Assembly: GCA_024704765.1 (NCBI GenBank)
Contig: JAKMXF010000011.1
Location: forward strand, 541,557-605,556
Reading direction: 5' to 3'
DNA: 64,000 nt
Source of the DNA: Oopsacas minuta
Lineage: Eukaryota > Animalia > Porifera
The first letter of the stretch is position 1. Each line of letters starts with the position of its first letter. The notes under the pieces were generated by a model that was not told where the DNA came from, searched no databases, and saw only the letters and a program-made list of their open reading frames with translations. Of the stretch, positions 32,428 through 45,138 are shown in pieces. The position numbers and the translations under genes were made by a program.

Positions 32428-33669
32428 TTCTCTGAATTCCTACGTTGTAAAGAAATAAGCACACAGTACAGTACATTGAATTATAACAACTACGATCACG
32501 AGAGATTAGAATTTGAACATTTCCAAATTGGAATCGACTTATGTCTACAACTAAAAAATGAAATATGAGAATTTGTCATATACCAATATCTCGGAGCGGA
32601 AATTGTGTGGGACCGCAGGAATCTAGAGTGTTTACGTTATCTACTGATTCATGAATAGTAGCATAACTAAATACTGATATTATTCGGTTTGCCCACCGAA
32701 TACGAATAATATTCGGTTAAATCAACCGAATACCAAATACTGATAATCGGTTGAACGGTTGAAATATTGAAATTTTCGCTTCATCAGATATTCAGTTCAT
32801 CACAACTTTTCTGTCTTTCATCAGTCCATTTCAATCTTGATAAAGAAGAAAAGTATGGCTTTATTTCCAAAATATCACTCATGGCCGCGCCAATGAATCC
32901 CAGTGCAACCAGTTAATACTCTTATCATGGAATATACCAGCGTATACTCTGTTCTTGCATAGAGTATGCCCCCGGTATGAAGTTGGCTAGCCTAGTATTA
33001 AACTGGGATGATGATCAGGGCGTGAAATCCAACAAAAATCTGACTGCAAAGCACACATAACTCTGTAAAAGCTCCCAGAGGGTAGCAATCATGCTAATCC
33101 CATACTCACTCACTAACCTTTGTAACTGTTTCCTGGATATTTTCTCGAAATCGCTGGAATTTCAAATTTCTTATTTGGCTAAAGTACACAAGATTCTAGC
33201 TCCCCCAAAAATGCTCAATGTTGCTAGTTTAGCACTTGGTAGATTATGGCTCAGAATATGCCAGAGATCAATAAACAATCATAAAAACATTCCTTCTACG
33301 ATGACTAAATTTTACCTACTGACGTCTGGAATATACAAAATGTGGAAAACAAGCAATAATTACCCAAAGATACCTTAATTGCCTGATTGAGGCATTAAGC
33401 AATGTATTATAATTGAACTTAATATAGCTGAATTTATTTATTCAATTCTCAAACATCTGTATATGTAGACACACTTTCTATCTATCAGCTGTGATAATGA
33501 ATAAATGTGAACGCTTTTACGGGGAAATACTGGTTACTTGCGATAAGCAATCAATGATTGTCCATGATTACAACTTAATAGGAACAAAGTACAAAATAAA
33601 TTTCTCAATGTATAATTTGTTGTTATATTTATTTGTGTCTTGAAGATGTGAGAATTAATAAATGAATAA

Positions 33670-34040
33670 GACTCACGTTTTTTGAATTTCAATCTCAAAA
33701 TATCACGAATCAGTAAAGCAATTATTCAGATAATCTGACTATATGTGATTTTATGAAAATGATTGTATTTATACTTTTCTTTAGCATTGAAAGCAACGAG
33801 TCATGAAATGTTTGTTACACTGATTTCGTTTTGAACTTTCGAGACTGCAGAAGTAATCAACAGCCAAGGTTAGATCACAATTTGTATATAATTAATTTGG
33901 AGAAATTCGTGTCAATCTGTTGCAAGAAATTGTAAATTCACTGATTGGCTATTGGTGATGTAATTACCCCAGAGAATCTGGCCCAAACAGCCAAACAAGT
34001 TTCTGGTTAGTTACAAGGCTTATTATATAATTTCTATTAA
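33670..34040 (+). repeat. Dispersed repeat; related pieces at about 40145-40195 and 40540-40700
   Basis: Shared TTTTGAATTTCAATCTCA.AATATCACGAATCAGT and CAAGGTTAGATCAC...TTTGGAGAAATTCGTGTCAATCTG.TGCAAGAAA. Confidence 0.75.
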
Positions 34041-34627
34041 TTACCATTGCAAATCAAGAAAGAAGCCATAGCAAGAAGCCATTGCAACACAATCACAAAA
34101 ACTGTATTATAGTATAGTTGAGCTATGCATAAGTTATTTGAAAATATAAAATATCCTTCTACGCGTTTTATTTAATCTGATACAATTATGTCAGCATTAC
34201 AGGTCCAATTTGAATTACACTACAATTTCTAAATAGTATATATTTGACAAAAAACTAAGAGAGAGATTTCTTTTAAAATAATGAATTCTTGATATCAAAC
34301 ACAACTAATAAGTGAGTAATCGAGTTGAATACATTAAAAGTCTACAATTACAGCATGTGCCAATAATTATTATCCATTTTTCCATTAGCATAACTTTGGA
34401 TAATTCTGAATATTTCTAAATGATTCCTCTCGTTGGAGATCTGTACTTGGTGTTTGATTTGTTTCTATATTGCATTTTTCACACATTTGGTGATTATACA
34501 TATTTTTACACTTTCAATCTAAAATTCAAAATAAGTTGTATCAACTCCGATTCTGAGATTATCAGACCATGAAGCTGATAAGTACTGCCCAAATCAGAGA
34601 TGGAACCGGTTAGCTTTTCCATGACCC

Positions 34628-36232
34628 GACCGGTGTATGTAATGGAGATGTTGGTATTATGTCAATCTCAGATATGGGTTCGTGTGTTAAACCACAACGA
34701 TCTTTCGAAGGTAGTAATAAATAATTTTCTGTGTCCACAATAGAGAATATTTCCTTTGCTGAAGTTATCGTCCTGTTGATAGGAAACCCTGATCGGACAA
34801 GTTCTAAATCTTTTAATTCTGCAAAACTTGCAGTACAAAGTTGGCAACTTGTAACACCTGCTCCAATCAGAATACCAGACATTTTCCCATCAAACATTGT
34901 ACGGAGAATTTTAACTCTAACATTATCATATGGTAGCTCTAGTCCGTCTTTTTAATGTTAGTCACTTCAGGATTGATCATAAGACCCATTAAGAATTTAG
35001 TATTCTTTTCGTTTTCCTTTTGAGCTACTAATGCTATTGGTCTGGCACAAAATGGTGAATTAGGAATTAGGAATTTGGAATTTGGTTTGACCAAAGTGTA
35101 TTTCCATCAGAATCAATAATTGATTGCATCTTCAAGGCAAAGAAAGTGAAATTTTTTGTATTGAATTGTGGGTTCCCATCGAACTGGTTGTAAATTTTAT
35201 GGCAACCCGAACCATCCAATCCATCTGCGATGGTAAGCTCTAACGAATATTTTGGACCATCGGGACATAGGTTAGATTCAAGTAATCGTAAAGTTGTCTG
35301 TTGTAAGATAGATTTATATGAGATAACAATTCCTATTTTAACTTGATCATTGTTCCGAATTTCAATAATTTCAGATGATGCTATCATGGTGGCACGATAA
35401 TCAGCTACTTTGTTGTATGGGGGGAATATAATATTTTCTGGTTTACATATTCCTCATGTTAGTGTACTTGCGTTTGCCAATCTCAAGAAATCTAACACAA
35501 ACACAGATTTGTCAATCGGCAATCGCTTGACACTACAAGCAAATATCTCATTGTCAAGAAGGTCTTTCCATGAATTTGCTGTTCTTTGGTCGTTAGCTTC
35601 ATTAGAGATTAGTTGGAGTACATAGGTAGCTATTATTTAAGCATGAACATTTTCATTTTTGCAATAGTAGCGATTAAATAAAACGTGGTTTTAATCTACA
35701 TCTGAGAGCCTTCAGTGCCAATTCAGGCAGAGGTTTCCTTGACTCCTTTGCAAGGTCAACTGCAAAACCATTCGCTCTTCTCCAATAATACGTTTCTTTG
35801 TGAGACTGGGGGGTTGAATAGAATAAAATAGGAGTGATTGCCATGTAGATAGGCCATTGCGCTTACTGAAAGCATCACGTCCAGACTTCAATTCGCTGAA
35901 GCTTCTCCGAATTGAGGAGAATTTGCCATCTGAAAGATCATATATCTGGATGAAGGAATCGACTGCCGTTCTGATTGAAGGTTGAGAGAGAAGATAATCA
36001 ATTGCTTCCTGGTAATTCATTCAGAATTTAAAATATTTGCTAGAAATTTAGTAAATAAAAGTAGTATAATATGAATTGCTTAAAATTCTGAAATTCTTAA
36101 AAATTAACGGGTCGCTCTATTAAAATGCTTGGTGTTCATTTGGGGGAGGCTGGATTTAATTCTAAATTAAAGATGATATCATGACAAATCACCTTAAAAC
36201 TTGGAATTACCTGGCCACGACTGGCCACAGTG
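34628..36232 (-). mobile_element. Decayed, 3'-truncated Transib/RAG1-core-like transposon
   Basis: Stitched frames give LEIGKRKYTNMR..IFPPYNKV, GLDGSGCHKIYNQ, PNSPFCARPIAL, TMFDGKM, SCQLCTAS, RCGLTHEP, SPLH. CACTGTG begins the minus-strand end at 36232. Several frameshifts and stops. Confidence 0.85.
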
Positions 36233-36925
36233 AGTTTGAGGGGTAATTAGACCAAGGTATAATGTATCCGAACACATTATCTGATGTCAAAATTAACTGA
36301 ACCATGGAGAAAGTATACAAACTAAAATGCTTAGCTCTTATTGTACTTCAAAGAATATATTCTGAACTAATAATAGGTTAAAACTTTGAGCTGTCATCTT
36401 GATGAGTATTATTAGATAGCGAGAATTACATGCTATGCATAATTATAAAATAGAGGTGAATAATAAGCTCAATTTTATAGCCACCCACTAAGCATGAAAT
36501 TTGATTACCAAGTAGTAGGACTTTCTCAAGAAAATTTTGCTTCCCAGGTTTCGGACTATGCTGAATTTAATGGTAACTTTTTCGAAAGCTTATGGGATGA
36601 TGAAAAATTCGATTGTAAGCCTATGGTGAAGCCACTGTGGGGCGTACTTCCCAATCCCATGATTTCGGGAATCGAGATTCAACTTGGCTCCAAATATGGC
36701 ACAGTCCATTGGTTGTAAATCATTTCATTCTACATTTTTGTTTTTACACCTTTTTCATGATTAATGAAAATATTGACACCTCTCAATTATTCTTTTGTAT
36801 TTGTTTGTTAGTTTGGCCCATGAATTTTATTGGATACAATTTTGAATTATTCAACTCTTAAAATCTCGTGAGGCTTGGTGATTTAACGGTATTTACAAAT
36901 CTTTTCAGTGTAAGATTACGAAAAA

Positions 36926-39274
36926 ATGATATCACTCCTGTTCAGAAATCAGCATTTGTTGCTAACCTTTTCATTTATGGCCTTGCTAATGCTAAAATAC
37001 TGTGAAGCAAGGTGTGAATCAAATTCTATTATTGATGGCAGATCACGTTGTGTTGTGGATTGCAAGTGGGGTAATCGAGTGTGTGAATGTGAGGCTGGAT
37101 ACGATGAATGTCAGTTCTTTCTTGACATCGATGAATTTTACTCTTTCACAAGTTATGAGATTCTGGGAAATGAAAACACTCAGGTTCGTGGAACTCATGG
37201 TGTAGTCTATAGCATCAGTTCAACTGGTGACGCTGTTCCTATTTCTACAGATGGCAAGTGTAGTAATTTCACAAATAATCCAATTTACAACTGTTCTATT
37301 CCTAACTGGACAAATAGTCTAAACTTTAAAGTGATAATAGGCATAAATGGTTTGTTGCCAGGTCCAACACTCATTGTTGATGAAGGTTCTACAGTAATTG
37401 CATATGTCAATAACAACCTAACTCAGGAAGCAACCTCTATACACTGGCATGGGATGAGACAATACAATACTCCCTGGATGGATGGAGTATCTGGGGTAAC
37501 TCAATGCCCCATTAGGCCATCTTCATTCTTTCAATACATTTTCAAAGCTGAACCTTCTGGTACATTCTGGTATCATTCTCATGTCGGGCTCCAGAGAGCA
37601 GATGGTTGTTTGGGATCCCTAATCATAAGAGAGAGTGATCAGAAGACCTCATCAGTTAAATCAAAGCTAATGACACAGCATGGTATTTCTACGTATTTGG
37701 ACTATCCTGATGTTCACACAATAATGTTGAGCGATTGGTCTGATAAAAGTGATGTTGGAGATTTTCTGATTCATAATGGTGTCTTAGGAATTATCCAAAT
37801 ACACCTCTTGGAGTTGTACCGGTCCCCAGTGATAGTAAGTATCAAGCTCGTTTTACATATGATAATAGAAATTCAGCATTTTTTGAATTTGGCTCTGCTC
37901 TCATCAACGGTTTAGGCAGACACCGTTCTGTTCCTTTCATACAATCTCGTCTCTCCGAATTCAGTGTAGGTAGAGTACGGAAATACTTACAGATTCCGCC
38001 TCATAGGAGCGCAAATCAATTTCTTATTCAGATTTTCTGTTGATAATCATCTGCTTACTGTCATTGCAACAGATGGAAACTTCATTGAACCTATCCAGAA
38101 TGTTAGTTACATTATGATCCATTCAGGAGAACGTTATGATTTCCTTCTGACAGCTAATCAACCAATTGGAAACTATATTATGAGACTAGAGACGACTGAC
38201 TTAAATGTAACTGATGCTTCTCCACCTTACGAACATCTAGGAGAAGGTACACAAGCTATTCTCCATTACAATACTGCATTAGGAGATGGAGGTATTCATT
38301 CTTCTAACTACAAAGCAATTTATGATGCTTCTGTCCCGACAACATGTGATGCAATAACTCCCTGTAGAGTAGTGAATTGTCCTTTCGAGAACTTTCATCC
38401 TTCCTACTATTCAGACTGTATTAATGTAGGTGACTTCAGGTTGTTAATTGAAACACCTTCTGAGGAATTGCCTACTGGAGATACTCCTGATAAAGAAATA
38501 TTTCTGAATTTGAACTTTGAAGCTCACAGCATAACTAGCTCTATCAATGGAAGGAAGTTTGTATTTCCACCAACTCCAATACTAACTCAACGAAATGATT
38601 TCGAAAAAGAAGGTTTGAAATGTGATCTTTCTGCAAACTGTAATCCTAGTGATCTCCATTGTTCGTGCACCCATGTAGTTGAAGTAGGATACAACAAGGT
38701 TATACAGCTTGTGGTAAGCTCTGTTGGACTTGTTCAAGGAACACATCCCTTCCATCTTCATGGTAACCAATTCTGGGTGTTACAAGTAGGCTATCCTACC
38801 TATAACAATGTGACAGGACATTTTGCAATGGACAATTCAGATATAAATTGTGCAGATAGAACATGCACGGAACCTTATTGTTTTCCTCCTCATTGTACCC
38901 GTCCATCTTGGTCGGATAGCTTTATTTCAGACATTTCTATAGATGATCACTCTCCCTTGAAGGATACAGCTATAATTCCAGCTGGTGGGTATTTGGTAGT
39001 CAGAATAATCTCTAATAATCCAGGTACATGGTTTCTTCATTGTCACATACTTTCACATGCTATTGGGGGTATGGCAATGATTCTCAATGTTGCTAGTGAT
39101 CACCAAAATCCACCTTCAGAGGGATTTCCTAAATGCGGAAATTTCGATTTCGACACGAATGAGTTCTACGAGAAATTTGAGTTTAGTGCAGGCTATCAAA
39201 TGACTTCTTCCTTTGTCTTTGTGATGGCGATTACTCTTTCTATCCTGTTTCTTTGGCTACAGTTGCCTCTCTGA
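36926..39274 (+). pseudogene. Multicopper oxidase copy B, interrupted by a -1 and a +4 indel (pseudogene or sequence error)
   Basis: ORFs 36926-37915 and 38114-39274 are in the same frame. The segment 37788-37969 is homologous to copy A in another frame. Cu motifs HWHG, WYHSH, HPFHLHGN, HCHILSHAIGGM are intact. Confidence 0.88.
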
Positions 39275-39606
39275 TTGACTACCTTCATATCTTTATATTT
39301 ATCATATAGGGTATTTAATTATTTTATCTATATACTACGTATATACCATCTATTATATGCTATTTTCTAATTTCCAATAAATTTCGAAAATTTTCATTTT
39401 ACTTATTGTTAGGGCTGTTGCTATGGGAACTATTGAGTATTGAGATAATCAATTATTGACGTATTGAGCTCATCAATATTTAGCCTAAAATTAACTCACA
39501 AAACGCAAACTAGCATTCTGATTACAATTTTGGTTCAAATATCTTCCTTGATTTTGGGTGCTTATTTGTAGTGGGGATTTTGGTAGAAAATTTTCACAAC
39601 TGTATA

Positions 39607-39710
39607 CAGTGCCGTCGGAATAGTGGCGGCTGCGGCGATCTTAGCCGCCCCACTTTATGTTTCTATTCTAGCATGAGCCGCATCACTTTCCATGGATTCC
39701 GACGGCCCTA
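39607..39710. mobile_element. Short hAT-like MITE
   Basis: CAGTGCCGTCGGAA and TTCCGACGGCCCTA TIRs; degenerate 8-bp flanks ACTGTATA and TCTGTATG. Confidence 0.6.
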
Positions 39711-40813
39711 TCTGTATGACCTATAAAGATATTTAACTGATCCAGTAAATGTTGGTTACTGCACAGTTATAGTGCTAAGTTTAACGGTAAATGTCATAAT
39801 ACTAATGTAGTATTTGTGTAATTATGACTTGATCAATGAATAAACTACTACGAGTATACAAGCGTACCAATAACCTACGTTCACTATGGTTGATACAAAA
39901 TTGCAGGCAGGTGAAATTACTAACCGCGCCCCACAGTCCACCTACAGCCCGTAACTAACTTACTTATTCACCCGCAAAGAAGCTCACATAAATTTTTCCT
40001 CATATATTATTAGTGTTTTGCAAGGTTGAAACCGATCCAACCGACTGATAGCATTCAGTTTGCCTAACCGAATACTGATAATATTTGGTTTGGTTTTTTG
40101 TATGTAATTTGAGTCCTGAAGAGCGAGAATTAAAAATGAAAAGACTTACATTTTTTTGAATTTCAATCTCACAATATCACGAATCAGTGTAGCGTCTTGA
40201 AAGTTCACATTAAACGAATCAATGTGTTCAACATTTGATGGCTCATTTCTTTTAACTCTAATCTTCAATCTACATATCTTAGATAGTTATCCAGCAGAAA
40301 GTTGGTACATATGATATTCTTAGAATGATGAAATAATATTTATGGGATAAGAAGTGCTTGGACAATCGTCATGATACAATCAATATTCTGTGATTTACAA
40401 GGCCGAATGTGTAAAACAACAAATTTGAAATTTCTTAAACAAAAGTTGTCCGTTCGGTTCCGTGAATTTGGGAAGGCCTCGATTATTTACTTATTAAATT
40501 TGTTTGTATATTTGTAAAAAATAAATAAAAGTACTATAACAAGGTTAGATCACCATTAGAGAATAGATTTGGAGAAATTCGTGTCAATCTGGTGCAAGAA
40601 ACTGTAAGTTTACTGACTGGTTATTGGTGACCTTATTATCCCAGAAAATCTGTCCTGAACAGCTGTACAACTTTCTAGTTACAAGGCATATTATATAATT
40701 TATATTAAGCCACCATATATGACGAAACATGGTGTATTGTGCATGTTTTTCCACGCAACATTGTTGGTTGGAATTTTAGAGGCAACTTGTATGGTGAGTG
40801 TTGCATGGTAATA

Positions 40814-40993
40814 CAGTTGAACTCGGTTAGTACATACTCGGATTAAGACATACTATCGGTTAGTACGTACTTTTCTCAAAAACTGATCATCAATTTGTAT
40901 TAATTGTGTAGAAAAATATTCGGATAAGACTTACTTCGGTTAGTAAGTGCTATTTTGTTTCCCGAGGGGGTAGGTCTTATCCGACTTATACTG
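40814..40993. mobile_element. Tc1/mariner-type MITE with TA TSD
   Basis: TA|CAGTTGAACTCGG...CCGACTTATACTG|TA. Confidence 0.65.
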
Positions 40994-41811
40994 TAAGTAT
41001 ATATGTTATGTCGATTTTGTCAACTCTTAGATTTGCAAAAATCGACATTAAAATCGTCGATTTTGTAAAAGAGATAATTTGAAAGGTACACTCTGCAAAA
41101 TCAATATTTCAAATTTCGGTTTTGTAAAATGGTAAAAATAACTCAAAACCTGTCTCAGGTTCTGTGCGTAACTAACATTAAAACAGATCCCATACATCTT
41201 CGATTCCAGAATTAATATCAAGTGAACTAAAGATGTTTATGCATAAAATATAAAATTTTTGTAATTATAAAGTTGTCAGGTTATTGAGTTATATTAGTTA
41301 CCATGGATGGCACATTTTTGGCCAATATCCACTTATAACTCTATTATCACGAAAGTTTTACTCAAACCAGTCCCGCCAATATGTACTACATACGCGGGTT
41401 GATTATGGCATAGGCCAAATAGGGCATGGCCTAGGACCCCGCGCATAATTAGATTTCCTGCAAATTATTTATACGAGGCTTGATTTTTTTGGAGATAGAC
41501 TCAATTTCGTGTCAAGCAAGAAGGTTATATTTATATTGGGCAAATATCGGATTTCTATGGCAGAATTCACTTTAAGGAATCTGGGAGTGGTAGTAATGTA
41601 TAATTTATGGGCGAGGCTATTGCCACTTCGATAATATAATTGATTTATGTAAATTTATGTTTCAGCGCTAATATTATATTAGATATAGCCTATATTATTC
41701 CAGGCATGGCTTCTCGTGAACGTTTTCATACAATTGTATTTAGTCTTAGCGGAATACGTAGGGCCGCCAAATGTATGGCCTAGGGCCCCGCAAAGTCTTA
41801 ATTCGGCCCTG

Positions 41812-42553
41812 ACTACATACATAACCTCCCATACCCTTGTAAGCACTATTGTGTAATCTTGATAATTTCAAATATGGTCATATTCACGATTGCGTCACAT
41901 CTGTTAGCAGGGCCGTAGCCATGAAAATTAAAGTGGTCCGGTTGAATACAGCACAAACAAGACAAAGTGGTCAGGTTAACTTCTATAACTGGACCTGTTG
42001 GTGAATTATTGGAATATTTGGTAGCAAAATCGGTCTGGTTGAAACGTGACAATCCGGACCAATGGCTACGGCCCTGATATATTATATAAAAGTATGACTC
42101 TAGCCAGGGCTATAATTCTAAGTCAATGATATTTTTAATATTCTTTCAGAGGTTGGTTAAAAGTATACCCAGAACTCCACAAGGATCCAAATCGATCTCA
42201 GATAGTAACTACGTGTTGAGATCATGTCAATAGTAGGTCGGAATATAATCATACGTATTCACAAAGAAATACAAGTAAAAACGTGTTAACTAATAGCTTA
42301 CTACATTCCTATGTTCGGGACTGGTTATATACCGTTAATTAACAATTAGATGAAACCCGACCATAAACTGACCAACCTGACTGAGTTTTCAGGTTAAGCT
42401 AACCAACGTGACTGAGTGGTGTCATATTGGTGGAAATTCAGTAGCCAAAAGTGGTCAGGTTGAAACCTGGCCAACCTGACCAGTGGCTACGGCCCTAGTT
42501 AGAGATGTCATATCAAAATGTGTTACAAGGGTATGGGAGGTTGTGTATGTAGT
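41812..42553. mobile_element. TIR element (31-bp inverted repeats) containing hAT-like MITE pieces
   Basis: ACTACATACATAACCTCCCATACCCTTGTAA (41812-41842) vs TTACAAGGGTATGGGAGGTTGTGTATGTAGT (42523-42553), one mismatch. Internal CAGGGCCGTAGCCAT...ATGGCTACGGCCCTG at 41908-42076. Confidence 0.7.
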
Positions 42554-42579
42554 ACATATTAGCGGGACCGGTTGACAAA

Positions 42580-42960
42580 TCATTTGCGACAATCGAGTTA
42601 TAAGTGTATATTGGCCAAAATGTGGACGAAAGGGGAGCAAAAGAAACTTCAATTTACTGTGAAGCATTCAGCTAAAGTACACATATGGGCTGCGTTTTCG
42701 CCAATGGGGACATTTCCCTTCTTGTGTATACTTACTCAAAACCTGAATACAGACTTCTTTATAAGTGGCATTTATTGGAACAAGCTAATGTATTTCATGG
42801 GACAGGTGGTATTTGGTGCAAGATAATGACCCAAAACATACTTCGCGCCTTGCGAAACGGTGGATGGTGGAAAACATGTATAATAAACTTCTAGATTGCC
42901 CAATCAAAGCCCTAATATCAACCCTATTGAAAACCGCTTCGGGTGGCTTAAACCATAACA
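42580..42960 (+). mobile_element. Tc1-family (DD34E) transposase fragment, frameshifted
   Basis: KHSAKVHIWAAFS, VQDNDPKHTS, QSPNINPIEN in shifted frames. Confidence 0.85.
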
Positions 42961-44280
42961 AATTTAAAACAAATCGAGAAAATAAGTCCATGACTACAAA
43001 ATCCAAATACGTGACCTCTTCGTCGCTGATCCTTTATGCGAGTACCAATATTTTGCAACCTGCAAATTGAGAATCTCAATGATATTTACTTATTCCTGTT
43101 GCAACTTGCAACAGGTCACCCGTGCTTCAGTTAAGTAATCTAAGTTTTGCTGACGCATGAGGCTGTCTTCTATACTTTTCACTTTCATTTTTCTCATTTA
43201 CCATTAGATTGTTAATTTTCGTTTAGGTTATTAATGTCAAGACCTGTTTTTAGCCTGTGTGAATTCTTCATTCATTTGGGTTGATATTATTTATTTCTTT
43301 TTGCACTGATGAAATAATTAGACTAAATGACTTGAATCAAGGGAGGGGCTGGCGGCGGCTATAGCTAGCCAAAATTTAGGTAAGCAATATATTTTTAATG
43401 CTGTTTCACCATAAACATATTAAAAATGACATCGTGTATAGGACTAGGATAAGATGTACCCCCTCGGGAAACAAAATTAGTACGTCTTATCAAAATAGGC
43501 ATTGCATTACAATGAATGATAGCTAATATTTTGGATATATGAAATAGTTAATTGAGTGTATTAACTATTTCATATATCCAAAAAATTAATTGAGTGTACG
43601 TCTTCTCCGAGTTCTACTGTATTTTATTTGAGGTGTCTTCCCACTATTCAATTTTGTCAGTACTTACTCGTATCAATGCAATACTTATTGAATTTGTTAT
43701 CCCCTTATTTAATTCAGGGTTGTAACTGTTGGGGGAGGGGAAGGGATAGTACCCCTCACATTTTTTGAACATGAAACATTCTATTGTATCAAGTTCATTA
43801 ACTCTCCAAGTTTATTATTACCCTGTACTATGGTTTTGTACTCTCCAGTGCTTATGCTTGTTTTTGGAATTCCTTGCACAGTGGATATTTCCTCCCAAAA
43901 TTTCTAAAGAGGTCAAACCATAAAAAAATCGATCGCTCGCTACGCTCGCTGGTAATATTATATTCGAGAGTATATTATTTGAGAACGGAAGGAATGTGGA
44001 ATACTTTTGTGTCCAGTTAATCATTCTCCGTGATGTCTGCCGCTGTCCCGTTCTTCCGGCTTTTTGTAACAACCGTGTTTATAAATGCCTCAAGTTTGAT
44101 GACCAGTTTCTTGAAACAAGGTATGTAATAATTTGATACAGTTTAGTTCTTAGCAGGGTGTCGTGCCCGATCGACTCGCAAAATATCTTTAATCTTAGGC
44201 AAACCGTGAAAAGTCAGCACGCAAACAAAATAAACTGTATTCTCTAAAGAACATGTCTAACTATTCTAGATATTATTGAG

Positions 44281-45138
44281 ATGGCAAACCTCGATTTCCC
44301 TCCTATCAGTTCACCCCATTACAGTCAATTCATTCCACGTATCGTTCATGACGGTAAGTTAGGTAACAATGCCTCAACTTCTAAGTGTTTAGCATTGTCT
44401 CTACATCCTGAAACAGGAAATATCTTCCGGGCTGAGAGCTCTGGTAGAGTATGTATATTTTCACCAGCATTGGAATTTATAACTTATTTCTGCCATACAG
44501 AAATGATTCATCCCTTCGGGATAGTCATTATAAAGGATCATATCTATATTACTGATTGTAGGAAACATGGATTACTTTGCTTTGTGGAAGATAGTGGATT
44601 CTGTAAAGTGATGTATACAGTTGGAGAAGGGGAAGATGGAAGCAAGTTAAACAATCTACGTCAGCTCGCTATCTCTTGCTGTGGCGAGATATATGTGATA
44701 GAACGAATAAATCTCAGAATAATAGTATTTTCCTGTGATGAATTGAAGTATATTCGTAGTTTTAAGTGCCCCTCAATTCCTTTTGACATTAAACTAAATG
44801 AAAGCGAAGTATTCGTTTTAACTATTCGTTCCTCTCATATGATACATGTGTTTTCAAAGTTAGGGGCGTTATTGCGGTCTATTATACCACGAGAGGAGGG
44901 GGGAATATGTCCTCTCTCGTTTTATATTGACTCCTTTAACAATTTATTAGTATGCGACCGTTCCTCAAAGCGCATCAAAATGTTCTCAAGGCAAGGGCAA
45001 ATCCTACATTATTTACAGCTACCAGATGTGAAGGAAAGAGAGGGAAGAAGCATATACCCTTTTGGGATTACCATGAATGGTAATTCAAATTTATATGTAT
45101 CATCTCTTCGGGGAACATTAATTCATTTTTCTATGTAA
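44281..45138 (+). CDS. Stand-alone NHL-repeat beta-propeller protein
   Basis: 285 aa; repeats HPFGIVIIKDHIYITDCRKH, LAISCCGEIYVIERINLRIIVFS, FYIDSFNNLLVCDRSSKRIKMFS, YPFGITMNGNSNLYVS. Confidence 0.8.
   Translation: MANLDFPPISSPHYSQFIPRIVHDGKLGNNASTSKCLALSLHPETGNIFRAESSGRVCIFSPALEFITYFCHTEMIHPFGIVIIKDHIYITDCRKHGLLCFVEDSGFCKVMYTVGEGEDGSKLNNLRQLAISCCGEIYVIERINLRIIVFSCDELKYIRSFKCPSIPFDIKLNESEVFVLTIRSSHMIHVFSKLGALLRSIIPREEGGICPLSFYIDSFNNLLVCDRSSKRIKMFSRQGQILHYLQLPDVKEREGRSIYPFGITMNGNSNLYVSSLRGTLIHFSM

Noticed and set aside
36633-36639. Second CACTGTG as the partner TIR of the RAG1-like element
   Set aside because: It lies outside and faces away from the transposase, and the following bases do not match the 36232 terminus.
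44281-45138. Beta-propeller gene as a RAG2-like partner
   Set aside because: NHL-type rather than kelch-type repeats, no PHD finger, 8 kb outside the element end.
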